Positions 52,940-64,000 of a stretch of DNA of 64,000 nucleotides are shown piece after piece. Under the pieces are notes generated by a model. The model worked only from the letters and a program-made list of their open reading frames with translations. It ran no database searches and had not been told where the DNA came from. Numbering within the stretch: the stretch's first letter is position 1; every line of letters starts with the position of its first letter. Source of the stretch: Octopus sinensis. Its lineage: Eukaryota. The stretch spans positions 124,124,001 to 124,188,000 of the forward strand of contig NC_043001.1 of the NCBI RefSeq assembly GCF_006345805.1. Reading direction: 5' to 3'. A program made the translations under genes and the position numbers.

Positions 52940-54838
52940 GCATACACCCATTTTCATTATGAGATAAACTGGCAGGCCATCCACAATCTTTCTGTCACAT
53001 GTGATGTGAAGAAAAATGCATGAAGGGCTAAGATTGCTCGCGTATTCCATTTGGCATTACTAATGTTCGGAATTTTCTGAAACTTGGTGAAATGTAGGTC
53101 ACCGTTTTCATGGATGAACCTGATGGCACGTTTAAGTGGAACAGAAACTTCATATCATCTCTCCAACCAGCTTGATCTTCAATGATATGAGTTCAATTCT
53201 GGAAGGAGCCTTGGAGTTCTTCATAACTTGTCATGAGTTCTTTGACAAAATGTATTTGGTATTGGGTGAACTGCTTGCGCCTGCTAGCTCCTCGTCCATA
53301 ACAACGCACAGGATTCTGTACAAGACATGGTGTTGGCATCTCACAAGTTGTAACTTGTCATAGCCTTAGCTCAAGAACATTCTCTGAGGTCTAACCACTA
53401 CCCGCCTCTTTCATCCTGTATTCGCACTCGTCGTATCAGCAGTAATCATTAAGATTGTGCCCCACAAGTGAAATTCGTCCAAGGTTCGTACTTCTGCAAC
53501 GGTCTCAGCCTTGCCATCACACAGCTTCGTCTCAGCCTCCTTGATTTCACTTATCTCATTCTTGATGACAATCGCTTGATATTTATTTCCGTCTATATGT
53601 TTACCATCGAAATGCAAGTTCCATTTCTGATTGCGTAGTGTATCGTTCAAGTGTTTCTTCATTTCACCAGCTTCCTTGAAGAATTCCTTGTAAATGCCTT
53701 GCTGACAAGGAGCTGGGATATCAGTACACTCCTCTGATAACTGTTCGCAAATTTTCGCAGTTTTGTGGGTAGAGAAGTTTGTTCCAGTTACAAGTCTCGT
53801 ACCAATCGCAGATCTGTTGTGCCCTTTTGTGGAGGAATAAGTGACATCACTATCACTATCATTTTGATCAACGCTATCATCTTCACCATAATGGTACTCT
53901 TTAATCTCTTTTTCTGTAGAGTCACTGTCAGTATCCAGGGCTGTTGAGCTTGATAAAGAACGAGAGCTTCAGCATCAAAGCATCTTCTCTTGGAAGTATG
54001 GATGGTGTGCTTGCGTGCAGCTTTGCCTGTCTTATATCTCACTTTGTCCTTGCTTTGGATTTGGATGGAGTACAGTTTTTTGTCACCAGCATTGAGTGAT
54101 TCACTGCGGACGTTTGTGATATCAAACAGTTCTTCTAAAGGCTCAAACTTTGCTTCCTTGGCGCATTTGTCATGCAAATGAAGCACATTTTCGAGTTTGG
54201 ACAGTATTGCTTGATCGGAAATGGTTGGAAAATTCAGTTTATCTCTCCACAGTAGTGTCACCTCTCTTGATAATTCCACCACTTCCTTATATTTGCCTTT
54301 AATTGATTTCCCAAGAAACTGGTACCCACCAGCATTCTGCTCTTTGGGTGGCATTCGCTTTCCGCTAGCCAGTGAGGCTTCTTCTACAGGCACATGACCT
54401 CTAGATGAATGAAACTGGAACTGCACCAAATTTCTCGTCCATTTCTTCTCGTTCTTCTGAACAACTTCAAAGCTTTTCTTGTATGACATACCGCCAGCAG
54501 TCATACAGAACTCAAACTGGAACCGATACAGCAAAGGGTCAAAGTGAAATAAAATCTTAATTGTTTGCTTTATAATTAAGCAGGAAGACTCAAGAATACA
54601 ATCTAATCACCAGTGAAGGTTTATAAATGCTAATAATTTATTGAAAGCCAAGAGTGCTATGCAACTTTGCCCATATTCATACAAGTTTTGCATAAGAATA
54701 CAAACATGGATTCATGGATTAACTTTTTTAAAGATAGCTCAAAAGTGAGTTCAATTTAGTTACTTACACATAAAATCTCATCTGAATATGATACACGAAA
54801 TTGTTTTCGAGAAACAAAATTAAAAAGTTGTATCCCTA
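52940..54838 (-). mobile_element. Degenerate DNA transposon, probably hAT superfamily (hATm-like)
   Basis: Minus-strand LHFDGK, DGKAETV..LDEF, ADTTSANTG, RCQHHVL and KWNTRAILAL. Possible TIR remnant tagggatacaactttt at about 54823-54838. Subfamily assignment is from recall. Confidence 0.65.
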
Positions 54839-55849
54839 ATACATATACGACTAGATTCTTTCAGTTTCCGTCAATGAAGACCACTCACAAGGCTTTGATC
54901 GGCTCAAGGCTATAGTAGAAGACAGTTGCCCGAACCATGTGGATGAGAAGTAAGCTTTTTGCCACATATATATGTATGTTAGTTTGTGTGTGTGAGTGTG
55001 TGTGTCTTTGAGCGTGCGTCAGGCGTGTATATATGCATTTATATACTCAAGTACATACGCAAGTACATACGCATTTATATACGCAAGTACACTGATACAC
55101 AAACACACGTAAGTGTGATTAAAGTGTGATTGTCTGTGTATAGAATTAAGGATCAAAATAACGACTCGGAAAACAAAGGAAAATCATGCAGTTCTCATGT
55201 CTCACAGCTGTGGTTTCTTTGAACTTTCGAACTTTGGCTCTTATTCAGAAATTTATGCAGGAACTATAAAAAAAAAGATAATATAAACGCGAAAACAAAG
55301 CACAACAATAATAGAAGAATACGTTTTAGGATCTATTTGTCTTGTATATATGTGACACTATATGGAGATTGGAAGAGGCAGAGAAACAGGTCGGAATACA
55401 GAAGAGGTGGGGGGAAAGGAGAAGGAGAAGCGGAGACGAGAGCGAAGTTGATGAACATAGCGGATATTAGAATCGGTATTTCATCGGACAAAATATTCCA
55501 GAGTGACAATTGCCTTGATGTGTCTCCGAAAGCTTATGAATTATTTAATGTGGATGTATTGTTGTTGTTGTTGTTGTTTTTGTTGTTATTTTGCTGTCGT
55601 GATTGGCCTCGTTGCCGCTGTTGTCTATTCTGCTGTTACTAATTTTGCTCTTTAGTCCAATGTTAATCTTTAAAAAGCGGAATACTTTAACAAGTATCTA
55701 ATGGTTAACCATTCTATATGGGACCGGAATAATCGACTGGCTCCGTATCTACTAAAATCTTAGTAGTTGGCAAATAGCATGAGTCAGCAAATAATCTATT
55801 TGCTGAATTAGTAAAGTAGAGACAAACTCTTTTGATAGATGCAACTTTT

Positions 55850-56220
55850 GTATTATGTCGGACTTTTTACTTCAGATTCCTGCCAAGAATTTTTTTGTCG
55901 CTTCAGCATCTGTTATATCTTTCCCTTGATATTCCTCTTCGGTGTTTAGTTGTTCATAAAATTTTCTTTCGTTATTCGTGTATAATCTATTCTGCTGGTA
56001 TTGATTTGTTCTCTGCTGGCATCTGCTTTTACTTAAAATGCTTACCTGACATTGCTTTGATTTTTTGTCTTATTTATTATTTAACTACTTGCAGTCCTTT
56101 ATGATAAACGTTGCACTTTTTTTGCACGTCTTGTCTTTTCTTTTCTATGATTGCATCTATCTGTCTAATATCTCTCTTGATCTGTTCAGTTTCGCTCTCA
56201 AGTCTTCATTCCCAACATGG
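55850..56220 (-). mobile_element. R4/Dong-like LINE fragment (pre-RT region)
   Basis: The minus strand reads TNNERKFYEQLN..DAEATKKFLAGI, like N.RKFY..L..FW..IW motifs; degenerate. Confidence 0.4.
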
Positions 56221-56355
56221 GATATTATCCTATATCAGTTGTCTCAACCTGTGGTCTGCGGAACCCTGGTGGTCCACCAAGTATCTGGTGTAGTAACGAG
56301 TCTGCCAGTTCGACGCCTCAAAAAATAGTAATGATATAAACAAAAATAGTAGTAC

Positions 56356-56420
<65 letters not shown>

Positions 56421-56586
56421 TTGGTAGCAGCAGTGTTATTGCTCATGACCTTATTCTTTTTCATTTGTATTTAATTTAGGCAATAGTGCAAGACATTGGA
56501 GAGTGTAAGTCGATTACATTGTCAACACTACATTAATCGTACTTTATTTTATCGACCACGGAAAGCTGCAAAGAAAACGTTCTCTA

Positions 56587-57270
56587 GGATTTGGTCAGTG
56601 CAAGATACATGTTACACCTGTGGCCAACAGTAGACAATGACAACTGGGCTTCCGCGGCTATAGTCTGCGATTGCAAATCATTGGTTGAAGCGATAGACAA
56701 CGCGTTCCCCCCAAACAGGACAATTAGGGAATTGCAACAAAGAGCAGCACTAGTAGCAGCTGGCAAGATTTTGATGGTAATCTGGGTGCCGGGCCACTGC
56801 AACCTCCGCGACAATGAACTCGCAGATATGCAGGCGAAACGTGGCTCGGCGCTTCCACAACCGGATGCCGCCATCGTTACAGCCATTCGTCAGGCGGTCG
56901 AACGTTCCAGCCAACGCCAATTCAACACCCCCCCTCTGAAGAAAGTCTTCACGAAGAAGCCAGATGACAGAACCTAAGCAGCTCTCTCGAAGGCACACTT
57001 CACAGACATAATACGTTTCCGTACTGGTCGCCATCCGGCACTCAGGCGGTGGCAAAAGATGTCAGGACGCAGCGACACAGATCAATGCAGACTCTGTAAC
57101 GAGAAGGTGGAATCTGCAGAACATCTCTGGCTGAGATGTCCCTTATGATGGAACGCTATATCCGCCAACTAGGGGCTACAATGGTTGAGATGATTCGTCT
57201 CCCTTCCGCGGCTCTAGCGCTTCTGAGAGTTATCCTCGAGCGCTTGAGGTGAGCAACAACAACAGCACCC
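56587..57270 (+). mobile_element. 3' end of an I-group LINE with RNase H and a CCHC-like motif
   Basis: ORF 56591-56977 gives CDCKSLVEA and WVPGHCNLRDNELADMQAK. Then QCRLCNEKVESAEHLWLRCP and a (CAA)n tail at about 57254-57265. Confidence 0.85.
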
Positions 57271-57979
57271 GATACTACCAAATACTGGTCACAAAGCAAA
57301 AACCTTTATTAAGAACCTAGTTCTTTGTGCAAGCCCAATTGTCCTAGATTTAGTTCCGACGCACTGACGTACAATGTAAGAATAATTAACATTCAGGATA
57401 TAATACATAATGTTAGCCCTTCAATTATCTCCTGATTAAACACCAGTAATTGTCGTTCGGTGAACACACACAAATATATATACATCTGTGCGTATGTGTC
57501 TGTGCGTGTGTAAATGTGAGTAGTATGTGCATGTATATATATATGCAAACATCTATGTACACGACATAAATGAGTCCGTGTGTACGAACTTATATGTATG
57601 CATATGCTTATTTACATACACAGACGTATGAATGTATGTATATGTATGTGTATATATGTATATATACATCCATATTTATACAGAGACAGATGGATAGATA
57701 GACAGAGAGGTAAATAGAGATAGAGAGAGAGAGAAATAAAGAGATAGAGATAGACAGACAGGCAGGCAGGCAAGCAGGCCGACAGACAAACAGACAGGCT
57801 GGCAGGTAGACAGACAGACAGAAAGAGAGTCGGGGCTATATTTCACAGTGTGCATTGAAGGAAAACAAAACACAATATATAATACAAAAATAAAACTATT
57901 TAAAAATTTTTTTAAATTGCCACTGGTAGATAATAGTTTACCCAGCTTCCACCACGGCCTCACACACCATGCCTTATAT

Positions 57980-58205
57980 ATTTCTTTACTACCCACAAGG
58001 GGCTAAACACAGAGAGGACAAACAAAGACAGACAAATGGATTAAGTCGATTACATCGACTCCAGTGCGTAACTGGTACTTATTTAATCGACCCCGAAAGG
58101 ATGAAAGGCAAAGTCGACCTCGGTGGAATTTGAACTCAGAACGTGGCGGCAGACGAAATACTGCTAAGCATTTCGCCTGGCGTGCTAACGTTTCTGCCAG
58201 CTGGC
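57980..58205 (-). mobile_element. tRNA-derived SINE (same family as 21875-22457)
   Basis: Near-identical to 22229-22457. Confidence 0.9.
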
Positions 58206-58918
58206 CTCACACATCATGTCTTATAGCCTTTAAATTGTTTGGGGCGCAGCAATCATGATATCGGTACTTTGATACACTGAGTGAATCACCATGGTACGGA
58301 TGACTTTTTTCCAGCATTCACATAACTTCCATTTCTACAAGTCAGCTAACTTTTTCTCAACTATATTTTTAATATTTATGTATTCTAACACTTTTGACTG
58401 TTCACCAATGTGACAAGCTGTTGTTGAAAGAAAAAAAAAGAAAAAAAAGAAACAAAGCATTGTCAAAATTCTTCAGAACAACTTGTAGGGCCAAAGATAT
58501 GTAACAAAAAGACGAAGAAAAAAAAACAGAATATTGGGTGTTAGCTCAGGAAATCAGAAAAAAAATAGGAGGAAAATTCTTCTACGTTTACAGAATACAG
58601 TCTTCTTCTGAAAGAACAGATAAGGAAAGAAGAATGACGAGATAAAATTAAGGAATACATGCTTCTAACGATCATGGAAGGTGATGATGGTACTTCAAAT
58701 CATTAATATTGATTTTACCTATGGCGCAAGTGGCCACTGAGCTTAGAAAATAGTGTTGTTTTAAATTGCTAACAATTTAAACTACGCATTCCGACTTTCT
58801 GTAAGAGCGAAAGTATAGACTAACTTGGGATGATTGGCCATACTTTACAATTTTCGTAAGCACAAAATTCTGTAACCAGAGGTAGCCGTAACGCGGATCC
58901 CCTCTCTCTGTACACACA

Positions 58919-58953
<35 letters not shown>

Positions 58954-59004
58954 ATATATATATATGTGTGTGTGTGTGTGTTGTGTGTGTGTGTGTGTGT
59001 GTGT

Positions 59005-59440
59005 CAACCCATAGTTGACGACGCTACTGTTAGTTATTGACCCAGGAAGACATCTCCTCTAGCCTGCTAACGACACACTGTGTCCGATTGGTATTTGCGA
59101 AGGGAAATCATCGTTCCCATCTCCAGCTTTACGGGATACACACAGACGCGGGTTTCAGAGTAGTATTCCGTCATCAATGTGTGACAATCACCATCTAGCG
59201 ATGAGAGCTCATTTCGAACGTAAAGTACTATATGCTTTTTCCAGTAACAAACTTTCGCAGATCTCGAAAAAGGAGAAACAAGCAATAATAATTCTCTGAG
59301 TGAGACGTAAACAGTAGCAGCACGGAATTTTGAAGTATATTTGCCACTTAAATGTAACGGACCCATGGGAGATGACGCTTATGTTATTTATAGCCCCAGG
59401 AAGCTATCTTCTCCAGCTGGTTAACGACACACTGTCTGTG
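59005..59440. repeat. Two degenerate copies of the repeat at 22975-23160
   Basis: gacgct..cccaggaag..c..ctc.agc..g.taacgacacactgt at about 59020 and 59375. Confidence 0.55.
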
Positions 59441-59619
59441 TCCGATGAGTGTATGTGTGCGTGTTACGGCAGAAAGATATGTGGTTAGCATGGCGATTTT
59501 GGAAATCCCCTTCACCTAGCCAGATAAAGCTAGAGAGGACGGACATTTCTGAAAAATTCACAAAATCATTAATTTTAGCTGCCAATAAATTTTATTAACA
59601 TCAAATGTGTTTGCCTATA

Positions 59620-60310
59620 ATTAGCATTTGTCAAAATCAAGTGTGGCAAACAACACGTATTATGTGATGTCCGTTTTCATTGATGCATTTCTGAAGGCAT
59701 TCTTGGACGTTTACCTGCACTCTCTCCAGCATTGCTCTGTCGATTTGGGCAACTTCTACGCGAATAGATTCCTTCAAATCGTCCAATGTATGGTGCCTAT
59801 ACGCATACACACATGCCTTGGTCTTTCACAACAACAAATAATCGCAAATAGACAAGTCAGGAGACCGAGGGGACCGAGTTTATCATTTACCTCAAAAATT
59901 GCTTCCATCTGATGTGCGAAGTTAATCCGCTGTACATAGTCCCATGGTTTCAAGTGTTGCCTCGTGACCAATTTATACGGGTGGTAATTCAGGTGTTAAT
60001 GCAAAATACGCCTTACCGATCGATTACCGATGCCAAGTCCAGTGGGATGGCTTTGAGCAGAGCAATTCGGACTCCGTATCAAAGCTTGTCTGACATATTC
60101 CACATTTTGTGGGGTCCGTAGCGTTCGTGGTGCCCCCAACGGTCTCCTATTCATTAGTGTACCTCTTGTACGAAGTGCATTCGCCCTATGCACGACGGAG
60201 AGTTCCAGCACTACTTCGATCAGTGGAAAACGCGTCTGAACTGATGCATTGCTTGAAATGGAGAATACTTTGGAGGCGATAAATGTGTAAACATTTAAAA
60301 TTAAATGAAG
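59620..60310 (-). mobile_element. Tc1/mariner-superfamily transposase remnant, internally deleted
   Basis: RTLRTPQNVEYVRQALIRSP..SVRRILH, then LNYHPYKLVTRQHL..DYVQRINF; a C-terminal remnant lies at about 59640-59800. Confidence 0.75.
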
Positions 60311-60487
60311 AAAATAATATTGTAAAATTCTGCTTTCTTTTGAGTACTCCTTTGTGTGTATTACATACATGAATACATACGTACATGCATACATACATAT
60401 ATATGTGTGTGTTTGTATCTTTATGTGTGTATATATATATATATATATACATATATATGTGAGTGTGCGTGTGTGTGTATGTGTTTG

Positions 60488-60538
<51 letters not shown>

Positions 60539-60659
60539 GTCAGACGTCATGATAGATTGTTAACCACTAGACACATTTTTTCTCTCCTTGTTTTCTGTGT
60601 CCCTTTCTGTAGGAGAGCGTAGGCTCGAAACGTCTTTTGTTGTTTTTTTCGTAAAATCT

Positions 60660-60744
<85 letters not shown>

Positions 60745-60747
60745 ATG

Positions 60748-60787
<40 letters not shown>

Positions 60788-60869
60788 GGTCCCGGGTTGA
60801 GTCGGGGTTAACCACAGTAAATATGTTACTCAATACATAGCAGAGTAAAGTAATTTATTTTATAGAAGG

Positions 60870-60920
60870 AGCTTCTACAGGACTAGAACTGTTTCATTCA
60901 GATGAAATCTTCAGGAAGCT
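60870..60920 (-). ncRNA. Type I hammerhead ribozyme, GUA triplet
   Basis: Minus strand: agcttc | CTGAAGA | t ttca tc tgaa t | GAAA cag ttctagtc ctg T A | gaagct. 6-bp stem I and intact core. Confidence 0.8.
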
Positions 60921-61284
60921 GGCTGTCAAAATAAGTTCTGGTATTTATGCATTTAGGCATATTTAATGGAGTTGTGGTGGGGGACGTCTTTTGGGTAGGT
61001 TGGTATTTAGGAGATAAACAGGGCACAAGCTATTGTTCTTAGGGGAGTGGTCAAAAGGCCAGAGTGTTTTTTGAAATGAGAAGAATCAGTGAGAAAATAA
61101 ATGAATAAATAGAATAAATGAATAGAAACAGATATATGGGATGGGAATTTAGGTAAATTAGAAGACAATTGCTTTTTGGTGGTCAAGAAGAGGTAGGCAG
61201 TTTGTTATTGTTAGGTGGAGGGAATAAATAGATAAATATACATGAAAAAACATATAAAAAATCCCTGTGCTACCAGCACTCAAA

Positions 61285-62050
61285 ACTCAATCCAAGATCC
61301 TAAGTCAGTGCGTGACCTGGGTATCAACAGGAGTGGTGACATTCCTTTCGAAGTGCACATTACTAAGATGGCGACAAAGTGCAGACAACTGGCTGGGTGG
61401 ATGCTGAAAACCTTCAAAACCAGAGCGAACGAAACCATGATGTTCCTTTGGAGAACATTTGTTCTCAGCTGCCTGGACTATTGCTCCCAACTATGGTCAC
61501 CCCACAGTGTAGAATGAGCAGCGGACCTTAACGCAATCTAGTGAAGCTTTAAAAAGCAGATCGTCTCATTGCAACAGCTCAGCTACTGCGAAAGGCTGAA
61601 ACAGCTAAGGCTCTATTCCCTGGGGCGAAGGCTGGAGAGATATGCAGTAGCATACATCTGGAAGATCCTGGAAAGGATTGTGCCAAATTTTGGTATTTAC
61701 AGCTACACAAATGCCAGAATGGGTCACCACTGCACAGTGGAATATATCCCAGCAATGCTGTCGCGCTTTAGGACTAGTTACTGCAAAAGCCAGGGTTTCA
61801 TGGGCCCATAGATTTTAATATTATCCCAAACAGCCTCAGAGACCTACTCAAAGTAGTTGTAGGTGTTTTCAAAACAAAATTGCATCTCTTCCTGTCGAGA
61901 GTCCCAGATGCACCTACCCCGCAGTGGGAGGTGCAAATGAGAGCAGCGATATCAAACTCCCTTATTCACCAAATGTCGCATATCAGAAGAGGTTCTCAAT
62001 AATAAAAGTGTAGCAAAACGGTGGTGCCCGAGCATGGCTCGGCTGAAACC
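61285..62050 (+). mobile_element. CR1-group LINE 3' fragment
   Basis: VRDLGI, LDYCSQLWSP, LSYCERLKQLRLYSLGRRLERY and FKTKLHLFLSRVPD; contains stops. Confidence 0.9.
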
Positions 62051-62389
62051 TATAAAGTGGTACGTTAATCCGATAAAAATTAAAACCCTTACAACCTTTA
62101 TTTATTTATTGTTCATTTCGAAGTGGTTATATAAAAATTATCTTAGTCCCTTCATTTATTTTTGAAATGCGATTATGTACATCTTTGAAAAGGGCCAGTA
62201 TCTCCCTTCGGAGAGCGACTAGAGAATCGGGACCAATTCCATTGTCTTCGATGGGGAATTTTACACAAGTATTAACTTTTAGTTTTTATATCCACGCTGC
62301 AACTTTTCTTCCTATAGGTGGACAGACAGCCAGAGAGATAGATAGACACATCTATTTTTATTATATATTATATTATATTTTATTATTAA

Positions 62390-62428
<39 letters not shown>

Positions 62429-63021
62429 TCAAAGATAAACCCTATTGTGTAGTAAGTTAGTAATATCATTGGAGTGATGGATATATGCCTGTGGTATTTG
62501 TTACTATTTTCTACTGGACTTATATTCGGCCGAGATCAACTTTGTCTTTCGTGCAAATGATAGCGAAATGGGTAAGATATCTTGCATTGTCGGTTCCAAC
62601 AATTTTTCCTTCTAGTGACAACGATTGTAACAACATTGGTGCTAGTTTTTTCAGCCATGTCAGTAGCCTCTGCCTCGGATAAAGTTCAGGGACGAGTCTC
62701 AGTAAGCGTTGCATGCACAGGCAATGGCTGATCTTCTTTAGAAAATGTTTCCTAGGCTTGCATATACATGCATATACGTGCAATATGTATATACATGCAC
62801 ATAGATTACGGACTGAGGCTCTATGAGTATCGTTTGATATTATTTCAAGAAAACCTCCTCCTTTGCTGTTTGGCGCTTGGGTTTTTGTATAAGATTTACA
62901 TAATTGCCACGTCTGTATTTATGCGCGTATGTATCCATAAATATAATACTTATGTGCATGACTATGTATGTATTTATGTATGTATGTTTTACTTACTCAT
63001 GTATGCATATATGTATTACTT

Positions 63022-63412
63022 ACGTGGAGGCGCAATGGCCCAGTGGTTAGGGCAGCGGACTCGCGGTCATAGGATCGCGGTTTCGATTTCCAGACCGGGC
63101 GTTGTGAGTGTTTATTGAGCGAAAACACCTAAAAGCTCCACGAGGCTCCGGCAGGGATGGTGGTGATCCCTGCTGTACTCTTTCACCACAACTTTCTCTC
63201 ACTCTTACTTCCTGTTTCTGTTGTACCTGTATTTCAAAGGGGCCGGCCTTGTCACTCTCTGTGTCACGCTGAATATCCCCGAAAAGTACGTTAAGGGTAC
63301 ACGTGTCTGTGGAGTTCTCAGCCACTTACACGTTAATTTCACGAGCAGGCTGTTCCGTTGATTCGGAACAACCGGAACCCTCGTCGTCGCACCCGACGGA
63401 GTGCTTCCAAAA
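63022..63412 (+). mobile_element. Apparently full-length tRNA-derived SINE
   Basis: A-box TGGCCCAGTGG (63036-63046) and B-box-like GGTTTCGATTT (about 63079-63089), followed by a long non-tRNA body. Related copies lie at 25.3 and 33.7 kb. Confidence 0.9.
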
Positions 63413-63659
63413 TTACTTACGTGTAGACGTGTATTTTCTGATATAAATATTGATCATCTTAGTAGATGAGCAGTTCATAAAATATCTGCCACAATGGCGA
63501 TCTACGGAAACCAAATGTATTTTAGAGTAGATGAGTGTTCTGGAACTTTAGTTTAGTATCACCTGGCAGCTTTGCAAATAATTTCAAATAATTTGACAGA
63601 GCGCCTAATACTCTAAGCGTCATACAAAGCACTAACAAATACACACACATATACATTTA

Positions 63660-63687
63660 TTTATGTGTTATATATATATATATATAT

Positions 63688-63746
<59 letters not shown>

Positions 63747-63798
63747 ATATATATATATATATGTATGTATATATATATATATATATATATATACATAC

Positions 63799-63832
<34 letters not shown>

Positions 63833-63900
63833 GTATATATATATGTATATATATATACATATATATATATATACATAATTATGTGTGTATGCGTGTGTAT
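63660..63900. repeat. (TA)n/(TG)n microsatellite
   Basis: Read directly. Confidence 0.95.
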
Positions 63901-64000
63901 ACACATATAAATCCGTGCGCGTTCATGTATTTTTGTATATGTGCATCTATGTGTGTACGTATGTGTGTGCGAAGCTTAAAGTTTACCAGATCTGTCAAAT

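Noticed and set aside
63022-63100. tRNA gene calls for the SINE heads (also at 22.4, 25.6, 25.8, 34.1 and 58.2 kb)
   Set aside because: A- and B-boxes are present, but they run into long shared non-tRNA bodies, so these are SINEs.

Overview
AT-rich, microsatellite-dense eukaryotic DNA with no confidently identifiable host gene. The SINE repertoire resembles octopus (cephalopod) repeats; this is from recall, not a search. Most of the window is decayed mobile DNA: three Penelope-like (RT + GIY-YIG) fragments, several Tc1/mariner remnants, a hAT-like remnant, a Tx1-type LINE inside a (TATC)n tract, CR1, R4-like and RNase-H LINE fragments, and tRNA-derived SINEs. The standout is a 9.3-kb tandem array (9758-19074) of about 17 near-identical ~544-bp monomers. 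Each monomer carries a type I hammerhead ribozyme motif with a palindromic stem III and a fixed U4C core change. A diverged 562-bp relative at 27703-28533 has a canonical core and compensatory base changes across the ribozyme and much of the monomer fold. Both loci begin with an inverted fragment and sit in (TA)n. I interpret this as a structured, probably circular-RNA-forming retrozyme family mobilised by Penelope-like elements; this is inference, and no folding or database search was run. Several further hammerhead or hammerhead-like motifs from unrelated repeats occur in the window.
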